A stretch of DNA of 63,177 nt, counting the filler, from Atractiella rhizophila (taxonomy: Eukaryota): the NCBI GenBank assembly GCA_021432655.1. It is 3 parts of 3 records of this genome, joined end to end, with 100 filler letters (N's around TTAATTAATTAA, not from the genome) between each part and the next. Parts side by side here need not be neighbours in the genome. Positions count along the whole stretch, not along the records: positions 1 to 21,163 come from MU271505.1; 2 more parts are not named here. The stretch is one strand, 5' to 3'. How positions within the stretch are numbered: the stretch's first letter is position 1; the number at the start of each line of letters is the position of its first letter. Below, piece by piece: positions 1 through 13,916 of the stretch. The notes below the pieces were generated by a model, which did not search any database, was not told the DNA's origin, and worked only from the letters and a program-made list of their open reading frames with translations. The translations under genes and the position numbers were made by a program.

Positions 1-788
1 GTTGAGAATTTCGCCCTTCCAGTCCTGTCCGACCTTCGGTGCCTCTGCATTCGACAGCCGCGTCGGCGACTTGACCTGGGAGTTTCTCTTGACCAAGTCA
101 TTCCAGAACTTGACAAATTCAAATCTCTCCAAACATTAACTATCTATTTTTTCGAGATCAATTCTCAACTTTCTCGGCCTAAGACTCCCTACGAATTTTC
201 ACTTTCCAAGTTGAACCTCACATTTTGTACACTGTCTGACTCTCTCGCTGTTGATATGCTCCTCAGGGCAACAACTCAACTTCGAATGGAAGATTGTTCC
301 ATCCGCGTCTCCCTGTCACCCCTTCCAAATATCCAAGTATTTGAATATACTGGTTCTACGCGCTGTTTCAACGTCATCAAGGATGCAGTTACGAAGCTAC
401 GAGCGCTTGAAGTGAGCACCTTTAGCCCGTTTGAAGAATACTGTGACATGTGTCTTTCGATACCTACTCTTGAAGTCTTGAAAATATGGGGAACTGCTCA
501 TGCGTCGTTGGGAAGAGCGAGAACATTGAGGAAGTGCCTTGCAGATGGCAAGTTGGGACGACTGGAACATGTCATACTTCATGCCCAGGTGCCGAAGGTA
601 AGTTAAACGCTCAAATGAATTATCATTCGATAGTTCTAAAAGGTCCTCAGAATGCTTTCGATGCTACCACAGAATGGTTGCAGGATTCTGGGGTTAAGGT
701 GAACGAGAGAACATGGGGGGTAGCGAAGAACATCGTGTTGTCAGAAACTTCACGGGTGAATAAAACGAAGACAATTCAACTGTTGTAG
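1..788 (+). CDS. 3' part of an LRR/RNI-like protein of the local F-box/LRR family (5' end outside window)
   Basis: Frame 1 is open from base 1 (IPELDKFKSLQTLTI...PYEFSLSKLNLTFC), resembling FPKLPKFRALQSLKL...PLEFSLNCLHLASC in 17528-19129. Probable intron gtaagt(598)...atag(~632), then an exon ending at TAG 788. Confidence 0.6.
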
Positions 789-1203
789 CTGTGGATGACA
801 TGATCCTCATTGGATTGGCATAAAAGCAGTTCAAAATCTGTCGGACATTTCCGCTTTCTCGTCCTTCCCCTTCTCTGTTGGACTGCTTTGTTTTTTTCGT
901 CTTTGTCAAATCAACGTACCTTCACCCCTACTCTGCCTATCATGACTTGACATTCCCTTTGAGCTTTGAGACTCTTCTCGAACCCGAACTTGAATTCACC
1001 TGTCCGTATTCGGACTCGGTGGACAATCTCTGCCGACGGTCGTCGTCGTCAATTATCGCCGGCAGCTCCACTCGCGCGCCAGTTTCGCTTTCGCTTTCTA
1101 AGGATCACCTAATAAATACGACGACTTCCCTTCCCTCCTAGCATAACACTCCATTTCCACCATTCAGCCCCTCCGCCACCTCCCTCGCCTCAGGCTCATC
1201 GGC

Positions 1204-2709
1204 ATGGCCGCCGCCTCCACCTTGCACTCCACAGGCCCCTCAGCTGCCTCCTCCAGCGAAATGGCTGGTACCCTCCCATTGCCACCTGCGAGAGCGATAC
1301 CCAATACATACTCTGAGAGCTTCTCTCATTGGTTCGTTTGTCATACTTGGAGAATGCAGGGACATGAAGCTGATGCATGGATCTGGAACAGGTTCAAAGC
1401 TGGCGATAAGGATTCTCAACTATCTGAAGAACGGCTCTTGCGTCGACTCAGCGTTTTCCGTTCTCCGAATGAGGAGGATTCGACGATGCCACGGAGCGCG
1501 AATGCGAGGATCTCTCAAATCCAACTCTCGCACAAGGATCACAAGATGAACACGCTCTCTATCATCCCCACTACTCCGTCCACCTCTGCCTCTCCCCCGC
1601 CTCCTATCGTCATCTTCCACGGATACGGTGCAGGCCTTGGGTTTTTCCTGTCGAATTTCGAGTCGATGGCTAAGTTCGCAGCTGAGAAGGGCGTGCCGGT
1701 GCATTTTGTGGATTGGTTGGGAATGGGAAGGAGCTCAAGACCGAGTTTTAAGATCAAGGCGAAGAAGGACGATGTGGATGGACGCGTGAAGGAGACGGAG
1801 GACTGGTTTTTAGGTCCCATGGAAGAGTGGAGGGAGAAGATGGGGATCGAGAAGATGACACTCGTCGGTCATTCGTACGTCTCTATCTTCTGTGTCCGTT
1901 TCGTCATTGATGGATTGTACCAGATTGGGAGGATATCTGTCCAGCGTTTACGCACTTCAAAACCCATCCCGAGTACAACGTCTCGTCCTCCTCTCTCCCG
2001 CCGGCATACCAGCAAAAGACGACTCTCTCCCACCAGCCGAAGACATCGATCCACCACCAAACAGCACCAACATCCCTCCCTCATCCTCCACCACCTCCCT
2101 CAACTCCACTTCGTCCAAAAACGCACCGTCACCATCTAAGAACGGGCCCCCAGCTGAGAAAGAGACATGGCAACGCCGCCTGTTTACCTACGCTTGGGAT
2201 GCAGGTCTCTCACCCTTCAGCGTCGCGCGATCGATCGGTGTGATCGCACCGCTTTGGATCGGCAAGTACACACAACGCCGGTTCCCAGCGCTGGATGAGG
2301 ATGCGACGAAGGATTTGCACGCTTATCTCGTCAATATCGTCCTACTCAAAGGATCGGGAGAGCACGCATTCTCGCACCTCCTCTCCGTCGGTGCACATGC
2401 TAGGAAGCCGATCGAGCATCGAATACATTCTCTCAAGGTACGTTTTTATTTTCCATCAGACATGATGCTGATTCGTCTCGGAAGGTGCCTGTCACTTTTG
2501 TTTATGGCGAACACGACTGGATGGACCCCATTGGCGGCTTGCGGTGTAGGGAGCGCCTGGAGAAGGTGAAGGGGTACAACCATGAAGTGAGCGTGGAGGT
2601 CGTGCCCAAGGCTGGACATCACGTTTACATCGATAATCCCACAGCTGTGAACAAGCTGTTGTGGAGGGAAGGCGAGAAGGCTTTGAGAGAGGCTAGGGAG
2701 CAGCGGTAG
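1204..2709 (+). CDS. alpha/beta hydrolase, ABHD4/ABHD5-Cld1/Ict1 family (lipase/lysophospholipid acyltransferase-like)
   Basis: HGYGAGLGFF, DWLGMGRSSRP, nucleophile motif GHSLGGY (split by intron 1875-1923), YGEHDWMD, and C-terminal HX4D motif AGHHVYIDNP. Confidence 0.9.
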
Positions 2710-3468
2710 TTCATAGTCAGTAGGGGTTCGTGGGGTTGCACGGAACATTGGATGCTTGACACTCGTGCCTTTCTCGCTCTCTATTCTTACTACCGCTGAG
2801 GCGATAGAGCGGTGCCCTTACAATTCCTAGATGTTGTAGATTCTCGTCTTTTCGTTTCTGTTTCATCATGAGATACCCGGTCCCTGTCCATAGACGTTCG
2901 CTGCATTTCTCTTATTTACAGTCACCACGCATCATTGCGAACGTTTTGGGCACCGCTGAGCGCTGTAACTTCGCGAGCGCGAGCGCGAGAGAGCGTTGGT
3001 AAGTCGGGAGGACTTGTAATAACAAACCGGTCTTCGCGGCATACCCTTTGATGGTGCTGTTCTTTGCCTACCCTCAAGCCTTTCTTCGGGAAAGATACGC
3101 AAGAATTACAGGTGCCCACCTCATCGAAGCCTCATCTTGGCTCATTGCCATCATTGCAGCTAAGCAAAATCAAAAAGTGCTGGCCGCAATGACGGAAGCA
3201 GAAAGTCCGATTGCCGGAAAGGGCGATCTGTAAATCCTGGCAAATCCGGAGCTAAACAGGGACCGACGTCATCCCTGTGACGCGCTAGGCATAAAAGGAC
3301 TCCCGCTCTCAATCTCAATCTTTTTCCACTAACCACCAACATAACACCAACAACTCGAATCCCATAAACTTACAAGGTGCGCCACTATCCTCACCAGTTT
3401 TAGGCGCGAAAAGCCGTGAACAATGGGCTTATTTTATTTGGGGACAGAAAGTAATAAGAACAATAAAC

Positions 3469-3983
3469 ATGCCTTTCACTGGTTCTGGTGCGTTTTTCGT
3501 TTCTCTGAGCTCAATGAGGTCCTGAGTCGTTGCTTTGTTGAAAGATATCTGCAAGATCTTTTTTGCGTACGCATTCCCCCTTTGTGGCCCACTTGGCTTC
3601 CCCTCCTCAACCCCACAGGAACGTGCTCTAACACCCCCAACAGGATCTTCGTCCCACCTATTGGTGTCTTCCTTGAGCGGGGTTGCGTAAGTCTTCACCT
3701 ATCCTTCTTCCTGCAAAGAGAGACAAAATGGCTCATGTTTACCTGTGGGGCAATTAGAACGGTCTGTCCCCTCCTTCCCGCCGAGCCCGTGTAGGCAAAC
3801 AAGGCTGATGGAATAACGTGATAATAGCCGATTTCTGGATCAACATCCTCCTCACCATCCTTGGTTACATTCCGGGAATCATTCACGGTTCGTCATCCTT
3901 AGCCTTATCCTCTTTCTTGTGCAATTGCGGCAGCTGACGCGTCGTGACGGGAAATAGCTCTCTACATTATCCTCAAGTATTAG
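3469..3983 (+). CDS. PMP3: plasma membrane proteolipid, Pmp3/RCI2 family
   Basis: Spliced product [57 protein letters not shown], with five GT-AG introns and a 4-nt exon at 3758-3761. Confidence 0.92.
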
Positions 3984-5436
3984 GCAAGCAAAATGCCAAT
4001 GATACCTTTTGAGTGAGCGTAGTGACCTGATGAGATGAAGAACACGTATATTACGATATCCTTTTCTAAATGGACTGACTTTTATATTCTTCGAGTTTGA
4101 TGTAATGAATGTTTGAGCCTCAACTTTCACAATGCAAAGTTAGCCCCTGAAGGTATTTCCAAAGGTGCTCAAGAGATCACATGATCTATGTAGCCAAAAA
4201 GGAAAGAAGAGAGAGGCGCAAAGGAAAGGGGAAAGCCTGTGCGTATCGTCCAACTCTCTCAATGACCCTCGTTGATTGGCCCCCTACTTTTGCGGGTTAT
4301 TTGACCTTATTTTGGTTCTCTAACTTTTTTCTTTTGCAAATGTTATTGTCTGTTCCACTTGATTTGGCTGCATGATCGCTGGGTTGATTAGCGAGCTGGC
4401 TTTTGTCCCATTCCGAGTCGGTGTTCTAAGCCTGAGAGTGTTCCGTTCTTCACGTTCTCCACGTTTTTGTTATAGTTTGCCATCCAAGACGCTGAAATTC
4501 AATTATAAGGAACCGTAACCATTATAAACTGATGCTTTGCCATATTTGCTGTATGGAGACTTACCAGAGAAATAAATGCCAATGCATGTTACTGCCCATA
4601 TAGAGCATTATGTTTTGAGTTTGAAGAAAGTAATGATCACGATCATAAAGTTGTGTGCAGCGCTGCTCTCAGCTTTTGGGTGATCGACACCACATTTGGG
4701 TTGACAGCCCTCCTTACTCCCGTTTTATTCAGGCGCAGTGCCAGGAATGAGGAAGCATCCGCGCTACTCAGACAAAATGTTTCAAGGGTCTGTCTCTACT
4801 AAGTCATTCTTCGAGTGTTCTTCGTAATTACTGTGAGTGACTACGAAGGATTGCCTATGGAATGGCGCTGTCTAGTATGACCATGTGATGAGTTTGGTGT
4901 TTTGTCTTCATCATTAGCCGTCCCATGTGGTATCCAGTAATTTTACCTCCATTTCCGAAAGTTTCGACACCATGTTTACTCACCGGAGAAAGAAATACTG
5001 ATGCACCAGTTACTCATTTGATCGTGTACTCATAGGAGCACGTGTTATTGCATTCTCTATGGCCTATCATGTCGAATCCAGACTTCCAAGTAGATCTGTA
5101 AGTGCACCGTTACTGACAGTCCCGGCTTTCTAGCGAGACGAATCATCTAACCTATTACCAGTGAAACCTCTACCCACTTCGTGCACAGGGTCCTCAACGG
5201 CATTTATCCGACTCCTATGGCCTGCATTGTCAGTTCATCCCTGCGGAACCTGCATATGTGTCACGTTGTTCCAAATAATGATGGGTATCCGGGAAATCTT
5301 GGATTGGTACAAAATTCTCCAACAGCGAAACGTGCTAATAGGACGTCCTAGCTTGAGATGATGCGACAGCAGAAGTTACGGATAGTGCACTACTCTAATA
5401 CTAGCCCTACCAATGATCGCGGCTTTCTTGTTCCAG

Positions 5437-6357
5437 AGAATATTTTTCCAGGCTAGTTTTTCGTCTTTGCCATCAGAGATGTCTAATGGCGATTGCCGCA
5501 GCAAACATAGATGTACGCGAGGCTTACGACAAGGCTTACTGGACATTTATGCCGGATATTGTAGACCTGCGACGTGTATTCGATTTCGAGCGTGAATGGT
5601 TGTCGTACCAGCTTCACAAACAGAACGTGCAGGGGAACGATCCAGGTCGTCCCGAATATTACTTTGTTAGTTATTAGCTATCCCTTTCCTTTTACAAAGA
5701 GTCCATCAAACTTAACTACAATGACAGAAGGAGGTGCAGAAGTATCAAGTCCTATGGAATCCTTCCGATCGCCCCGGTCCTCTCGTGGATGCTTGGCCTG
5801 TCTTCGTTAAACCTAATCACTTCCCTCCAGCGGTACATGCGGACGACCCTGTCGCTGAAAGGAGCCACGTCAATTTGGCGGTTTCCATTCCATTCTGCAT
5901 CTACGGAAATTATCCAAGGCTCGCATCCATCCGACCATTTGGACCTGGCGCAGATTTGATTTCAGAGTATCAGGAGCTTTGTTACCGTCTCATGAGATTT
6001 TGGGAATGGACACCGGATAATGACGGTCACCACAAGGTTCCACAATGTTTGCAACCTCTGCCCGCCTACATCTCCGATAAAGAACCAGAGAGACCTTTTG
6101 ACACCGCCTACCTGGAGCGCAGGAAGACGAAAGGGGGCTTATGGTCACCAGAAGCTTTAGATCGGGGCAAGAAGAGTGTGCTGAAGCCGAGGGAAATAAA
6201 AAATCATTTTTGGACTCCGCAGTCAGTGCTAGCAAGGAGGGATCGTACTGAAACTGCAGTGGAAGAGCAAGCTCAATGGGCAACTGCTAGTGAGAGCATG
6301 GACAAGGATGTTAGGGAGATTTCCACACCTGACTGTGCAACTTCTGAATGTATATGA
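5437..6357 (+). CDS. hypothetical multi-exon protein; probably further small exons upstream (~4500-5400)
   Basis: Exon-like ORFs 5437-5666 (EYFSRLVFRLCHQRCLMAIAAANIDVREAYD...) and 5728-6357, separated by a gttagt...cag intron. No recognisable motif. Confidence 0.4.
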
Positions 6358-6636
6358 TCCATGATTTGTTATTTATGTGGATTTAAAACAGCCATCCACA
6401 TTGTCCTCCAGATATTAGGTCATGCCACCGATGATGCCTCGAAGTTTTGAGCTTGCGTATATCACTCCTTTCTGTGAACCGACTTTGATATTTGCTTGCT
6501 TTGCCTCTTAGCTCTGACATTATGTTGCATCGGTTTGACTCAAGCCTGCCGCTTGGCGACATGGGCCGGCTGACTGGCTGAGATGATGGATTAATGTGTC
6601 CATTGTCCATTGCAACTGACGCTACACTGAACCCTA

Positions 6637-8979
6637 TCATCGCTGTTTTCTCAAACCCACCGTGGCCAACAAAGGTTCCTTCATAGCCAGCGTCAATCCG
6701 GGATAATACTTCGGTGCCTCATCCAAAACGTGTCCATCGACAACCGCCGTCTTCTCGACTCTTTCCCACCATCCGGATGGGAAGCTGAAGTCGTATTTCT
6801 CCACGAGAGCTGCGAGCGTCTTGACACCGTTGAAGAGCGCAAGACCATGGCCGAGGCTTTATTCGTGGCATCAGGAGCGAGTCAGAGCGAGGCAGGTGAG
6901 TAGGTAGGAAAGACCAACCAGAGGCGTGGACCGGCGTTGAAGCCTTTAAGTTGGTTAGGAAAGCAAGGAAAGGAAGGGAGCACGAACCGTGAGCCTTGTA
7001 AGGCGAGACGCGCTTCAAGTCGCCTTTCTCGTCAATCCATCGGTCGATTTTGAACTCGAGACAGTCGTCACCCCATATCTCAGGGTCTCGTGCCATTTGC
7101 CAGTCACCTTAACTGACTGTCAAAGAAAGGAAGGCGGTGCGATTGGGGGGAGCAGAGGGACGAACAGATTACTACGAGATCGCCTGGTTCAATTCGCGGA
7201 CCGTCCGGTATTTGGTCGTGCTTTACACATTGCCTGTTATAAAGAAAGATAAATGAAAGAACATTGGTGTATAGGACGAAATTTACTTGGCGCTCTGATG
7301 AGGTTTAGTTCGGTTGGCTTGCTTGGAACTCAAGTGGATGGAGAAGACGTACAGCAGGTACTCTATCAAGGTAGCTTCAGCATCTGGACCAAGAGATAAT
7401 GACAGAACAACCCACGAAGGATGAAGACGGAGCGTCTCGAAGAATACAGCGTGAAACTTTACTAAGATCTGTGCCAATTTTCATTTCCTCGGCGGAACAA
7501 AAGAGAATGAAGGAACAAACTTTGTGATTGTCGTAATCGACCTCCTGACCGAGATTCGACAACTCTTCTCGCAGTTCGTCCACGAGCTCAGGACGTCGAA
7601 TCAGGTGAAAGAAGGCCCATGCGAGAACTTGAGCCGTCGTATCCCTTCACGTAGCGAGATAAGGAACTCCAGACTCCATTGGCTAGAGCAATGACTAACC
7701 TTCCAGCAATGAGGAAGTTAAGAACTGCGTCGCGCAACTCCTTCTTTGTCAGCGCGCTTCCGTTCTCATGCCTATTTCCCTTCTCGTCATGAACTGTCCA
7801 CTGCGTCAACAAGGCACTGACCTCGCCTCAATGAAAAAAGCCAACAGATCCTTATGTTCGAAAGGGAGGACGTCTGGCTTTTCCATCCTCTTCTCAATTA
7901 TGCCTCCCACAAAATCGTCCATGATCTTCAGAGACCTCCTAAACTTCCTCCCTCTGCTCCCGAACCTTTCCGTGAGCTTCCAAAATGGGTTAACGATGCG
8001 ATGAATGAGCTGTGCTTGTACAAAGTTGAATGCATCCGCGATTTCTACAGGCGCCTTGGAAAGGGGGTCGTTTAGCGTCCCGAGGTCGTGTGAGAATGCC
8101 ATGAAGCTGAAAGAATCGAGCATCAGTCGGTAGAAGAGGTCGGTAAGGTCCACCACTGAATTGTTAGCTCCTTGCTTGTCCAGGAAGGATATCAAGCGGG
8201 AGAGCGATTGGTCGAGTGAGTAGCTGATGATCCCTTTGAACATCGAGATCGTGAAGATGTGGCTAGAGGGACAAGTCAGCGCATCACAAAAACAGGATGA
8301 AAGATCGGACAGACCTGGCGATTTTGCGTTGCGAGTACCATGATGCTGAATCACGGTTTAAGTGAAGGAGATACCATGCAAGGGGATCATACCCCCGTCA
8401 ACCGCAAAGATCCCTTCCCCAAACGCATCCCTAAAAATCTCTCCGATGAACTCTCCCTTCACGTAGTTCTCAAAATTTGCTGTACCACCTTCAATCTCAA
8501 GGAGAGGAGGAAGGGAAGACAAGCACTTTTCTGAACGTATTCGATCCAATCCGGTCGTGAAACATCGATGAATCTTTGACCTATTACGGTGTCACTGAAG
8601 CCAGGTCCTCCACACTTTTCGAACAACATTAACATTCGGTAGGGAGGGATAGCGATTGCGCAGCTCACCTCTCTCAAACATACCACAGCGAGTTCAAGCA
8701 TATCTTCGGAGAACAAGTACTCCAGCGTGTTCCCAATCCTGGCAATAAATGAGTGGATACTGTGGCGAGAGCTCGGGGTAGAGACTCACAAAGGATATGC
8801 ACCATGAGTTTTCAAATCAGGTCGCCTTCTTGTTCCCAGCGCATTATTCCAGCTATTTTATGTCCATCAGTTCGTAACCAAGGCATAATGACAAAAATTG
8901 GAGCAAAAACGCACTGTGTAAAGACCAAATAAACGACGAATAGAAGTGCCAAAACTAGAGTAAGACTGAGGTCGAGCAT
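6637..8979 (-). CDS. cytochrome P450 (resembles fatty-acid omega-hydroxylase-type CYP86/94/704-like enzymes)
   Basis: N-terminal anchor MLDLSLTLVLALLFVVYLVF, GEGIFAVDG, I-helix LNFLIAGRDTT, ETLRLHP (ExxR), MARDPEIWGDDCLEFKIDRW, heme motif FNAGPRLCLG with the Cys codon split by an intron. Many short exons. Confidence 0.93.
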
Positions 8980-9310
8980 CGTCTCGTCCAGGTATTAGAG
9001 TACTGAAAATGAGCAATACTGTTGATTCTCCGTAACAGCAGATGTGTCTGTAAAAGTGGATGAAGAAGGTTAGGAGTCGTGAAATGGACAACACTCGAAG
9101 TTTGTGGCGGTGCCAGCTCAGGCCGAGCAAGTGTTAATTGGCGGAGGTGTTTTGTCAGGCGGGCAAGAGAAAGCTGGCCGATAGACGGTTCATTTCACTC
9201 TGATGAAGACTGGCTTCACTGTCAACATTCGTTACCACAAACTTTTAACGTCGGAAAAATAATGTTCGGTTGCGCCGTGCATCTCCGAGACGACTTCGTA
9301 GACTGTAGAC

Positions 9311-10566
9311 ATGTCTCCTCCATACCTCATCCTTCTCGCCGCCTCTGCTGTTCTGTACCTGGCAAGGCGAATGCTTAAGAAGAGCCGGGTGGCAGTCATT
9401 GGTAAGGGGGACGAGAGGGTACTCATAATCGGTGCATCCTCGGGTAAGTCTGCTCTGCAACCTCTACTCTTTACCATTTTTCTTTCTTTCCTTTGTGCAT
9501 AGCTGTTTATGGAAACCTCCAGAGCATGACTGTGCCCATCCTAACCATGGAGCACAACCAACAAGCATGGTTATGACTTCTTTAGCTCCTCTGATTCCTG
9601 TCCCTTCACATTCTCTGCCATTTACGCGCATATCTAGTTAACGCACTTAACTGACCTCCATGTTAGGCGTAGGCAAGAATATAGCAGTTCGATATGCATC
9701 TCGTGGCGCCCGCGTTGTGCTCGTAGCAAGGCGAGAAAAACAGTTGCAGGAGGTAGTACAAGAATGTGGGGGGACAGATAGAGTGAAGGCTTTCGTTGGC
9801 GATTTCACAAATATCGATGACCTGGTCCGACTGAAAGGCTTTGTGGAGAGCGGTGAGTGTTTCCTCAATTTCGGACTGTTAGCAACTCACGGTCTCACGG
9901 ACAGAGCTGGGAGGACTCGATACTCTACACATTATCGCTGGCGTCTCCGCCCTTCGTCCTATCATGGACATTCGCTCTGCAACCTCGCCAGACTCCCTCT
10001 CAGCCAACCTTTCCAACCTCTCCTCCATCACGTCTTCCGCCGTCTCAGCCAATTTCCTCGCTCCGCTCCTTGCAGCTTACACCTTCATCCCCCTCCTGAT
10101 ATCCACCTCGAAACAACCAGCGATCCAGCACCTTTCCTCCGTTGCAGCACTCATCCCCGCTCCGACACGCGCCATATACGCATCCACGAAGAGCGGAGCG
10201 CTTGTCGGTCTCAGGGCGTTGGCAATTGAGCAACCGGCGATTAAATGGTCTTTTGTCATCCCCGCGACGATTGAGGGCGATTTTCGGCGCGGAGCTGTGG
10301 ATGCCGGGGAGGTGAAGGAGAAAGTACGTTTCCTCGAACTTCCCCACAGCCGTTGATTCTTTCTGATCGCAATTCTTTAGTTGGATGGCGCGCTGAAGAG
10401 TGACTATGTTGCGAAGGAGTGTGTTAGAGCGGTGGACGAGGGGAAGAAGATGATGATCCTCCCAAGACAGTACTGGCTCTTCTACCTCCTTTCTTACATC
10501 ATACCTAGTGTCGTAGAAAGAGGTGCGAGGAAGAAGTATGCGTACACTGCGCCGAAAGTTGAATAG
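9311..10566 (+). CDS. short-chain dehydrogenase/reductase with N-terminal membrane anchor
   Basis: VLIIGASSG|VGKNIA (GxxxGxG), VLVARR, catalytic Ser (HLSSVAA) and YASTK (YxxxK). Confidence 0.92.
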
Positions 10567-10759
10567 TCCCTATGCTGGCGTCCTGCCGGGGTGGGTTATT
10601 TGGAGTATTGTTATTCAAATCATACCCTGCTCTCTGAGCCAAAGCTTGGTAACAATTCTATATTGCAATGTCTTCCTATTTATTTTCTACAAAGCAACTG
10701 TCTGGTCGCAACAACATACATTTTGAGCTTCGGGGCTGTGTCATATATCCTGTCCTACT

Positions 10760-12001
10760 TCATACGTCAAAGTATTTAGGTGGGTCAGCCTTCACCTGTT
10801 CCCAAACCTTCTCCATCGCATCCATCACATCCTGTTCCAGCGGTCCCTTCGCGAACCAATCCAGGTTCTTCTTCGCTTGCTCCTCGCTACTCGCGCCAAT
10901 AATGATTCCATCGCCCTTCTCCGCGTCTAGGGCAGAGTGATAAGCCAACCAACGGAGTGCGACTTCAGGACCCGTGAGACCTGCTGGCAGGGTTGAGAGC
11001 AGGGTGTCTACGGCCGCATTGACCATGGAGGAGGAGTAGGTTTTCTGAAGGAAAGAAGAGAAGGGGCTCGTGCCTCCCATTCTAAATTGCGAGAGTAAAT
11101 GCGCTGAACTACGGAGGGGAGAACCGTACCGCCCAGATGATGCCTCCTCTGTGCCAAAGCCTTTGGTGTATTTGCCCGTGAAGTATCCTGCAGCCTGAGG
11201 TGCATAGGCGTAGAAGCGTATGTCATGCTTCCTAAGCAAGGGGAGAAGACGGACTTCCATCTGTCTGATCCTTCGGTTACAAATTATTTGGACAATGTAA
11301 ACGAACACCTCACCTCATGATTCCGTTGTAGGCTCCTTGATAGATGCTTGGTTTGACGTATCCATTTTTCTCGCATACCTTCATGCGAAAATTCAATGCT
11401 GTATCGGAGTGGAAAGGAAAGACAACAGACTGCCAAAAGCTCTCCCATTTCTTCCAGCGAGAAATTCGACACTCCAAACTAGCACGCCTGTCAGATGAGA
11501 AGGAAATGGATAACAGGGTGGAAGCGTGCGTACCATGCTGAACTTTCCCTCCCTGAACAGTTCATCAACCGTTTTCATCGTCACATCCAACGAGGTGTTC
11601 TTGTTGGGAGCATGAAGATAGAAACACCTGACTTTATGGGTCTTAAGTCGTTGCAAGCTGATCTCCAAATTCTTCCTCAACACAGAAGGATCATGGCCAT
11701 CTGGTAGAGGGCTGTTTGCTTTGGTATCAATGCGATACCCTTTCGCCGCTGCTTCAGCTTCTCCGATTAATGTTTCAGAACTTCCTGGCGTAACGGGATA
11801 GTAGCGGGCGCTAGTGTCGATAATGCTGTTTGATGAGAAGAGAGAGAGGTAAGAGGAGACTTCGGCAGCCGTGGAAAACCGTGGGACTTGAGGAGAGAAT
11901 TGGGCTGGTGGTTCTTCTGAGCAAAGGTAATTTTGACTGACTACTCGGGCTAGAGACTCACCTCCTCCGATAACGATCTCGGGATACTTGTACGTCGACA
12001 T
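10760..12001 (-). CDS. aldo-keto reductase, AKR7/aflatoxin B1 aldehyde reductase-like
   Basis: IDTKA, FYLHAP, SNFS, FYAYAPQAAGYFTGKY, ALRWLAYHSALDAEKGDGIIIGASS, KGPLEQDV. Confidence 0.9.
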
Positions 12002-12199
12002 TCTCAGCCACTTATACCAAACTGATGCCAATTAACTCGATGGGGAGAAGAGGGATTGGCCGTCCTTTTAAAGAACAGTGCGGCAGATTTGATAACTGCA
12101 GCCAGGACATTCGCGTCACAAAGCCGTGTATATTTCTGAGGCCGTGTATTTCTCTGTAGGCGCTAAGAATGGTGTGAAAGGTTTCCCGCTGATGTAAAC

Positions 12200-12620
12200 T
12201 GGAGGCCGGAGCTGATGAACTGATGAGCTGAAACCTTGCTTAATGCTTAGCGTTCGGATGTCTACACCGTAAACTTATTCCAATCCTCTGCGTCTATCAC
12301 TTAGGCGGAGGAGATGTAACGACGTCGAAGAGGACGCACGGCTTTCACCAGGAGATTGATGAGCTGGTAGGTGTCGTCAAATGCAGAGTGCGGTAGCCAT
12401 GTCATTAGATTGATCTAAGAGTCGAAGTAAATTTTGGATAGATGTGTGCCAGTATGTTTATGTTGGAGAATAAATGTGCGTAAGATGGGATAAAAGCTTT
12501 TGGACCGTGCGAGTTGGCGGGAGAAGCATGAAAGCTCTTCAACAACGACGACATACCGGAAATATGAACAAGTTCGGGAGGGAATGAGGGAAGGCCATTT
12601 GTCTTAGTTTCAAAATTTCA
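12200..12620 (-). pseudogene. decayed 5' fragment of an F-box/LRR paralog
   Basis: 12424-12505 (gaagtaaattttggatagatgtgtgc...tgtgcgtaagatgggataaaa) matches 18870-18953 of the intact gene, with indels and no ORF. Confidence 0.7.
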
Positions 12621-13916
12621 GAAGCGGATCACGGTATTGACTGAGATTGTGACGACCTCGAAAAGTGAATATGCTTTCAGCATCAGTGCAGGTGCAATGA
12701 CGTGAATGCTCTACAGTTGCCCATGGTATAAGTGAATACAAGAGCATCATGCATACTATATACGTCCCTCCCAACATCCATCGATACAATTTGAGTACTG
12801 TGCGAAAAGACAACGAGCCCGTGAAACTCAGCTCAGAACAGCCAGCTTCTCCCCATTCTTTTCAGAACCATCACCATCCATGACGCAGTCATCATTCTAG
12901 TAGGTAGCTTCGGAATTGGATGAGCACCTACTAGTATATACCACTTTCTAATCAATATCTATTCTGTTTCCGAGCAGTTCCTGATCTGCACGTGATCTAC
13001 TAAAGGTACATTCAAAGTTGTTCGACGACCTCCAAGGTTCTTTAATGGCCAAAATTGCCATTTTTAAGGTCATTCGAGTCTGTTCACTTCTTACTTCCTC
13101 TGCAGCGTATTTTGTCTTGTGGTGGTCCAAAATTTCTGCATTCCATTTGCATCTCCATTTAACTTTTAGTCTGTTTTAGTTGAGACAGTGAGCATGATAT
13201 TGATGGGAACTCCTGTACATGGTGCCTTGGTCAGCACCATCTATATTTTGTCGCTCTGTCATCGTGGGGCTCTGAGCTCAGTGGGGGCTTCATGAGTACA
13301 GTACAGCATTGTGGTTCGACTTCTTGATTACATTCTTATTTTCGACAGGAGTTGTAGCTACGTTGTAAGTGCGATGTACCTTTGTTCTTCATCTCAGAAT
13401 TGAGCACGATGCTGTGCTTACAGCAATTCATATCTCTTATTCCCACTTTCTCCGTGTTCCACGGCCGTTACCGCCTGTTGTGCGGTCGCCGGTCTCCAGA
13501 CGTTCGACTGTCCAAGCCGGCTCGGAACACGCTCGCGCTTCCTCTTCCCCATCTCTATTTCAAGTTTTTTTCTCTTTGAGATTGCCTGGATGCAAAAAAG
13601 GAGCAAACAGAAGCTCAACTGAGCTCCGTCATGACGGACTCCTTTCCACTCGGAGGCTTCTTGCCCTCTTGGCCAATGGCTCTAAACCCGCAATGCTGTT
13701 CCCGTATTCAATTCATCCAACGGTGGCTCCATGACCCTTTGTGCGATCTCCGTACACACAACGCGATCTTTTTGCTCGGAAAACGATCTGCCGGGGCGTT
13801 ACACTGTTCCTTCCAGTTGCCCATATAAAGCCCAAGAAACGAAAGGCCAAAGCACTTTCATTTTTCCGTACACTTTCTAACGTCTCCTCATCGTTTGTTT
13901 TACGAAACCTTCTGTC

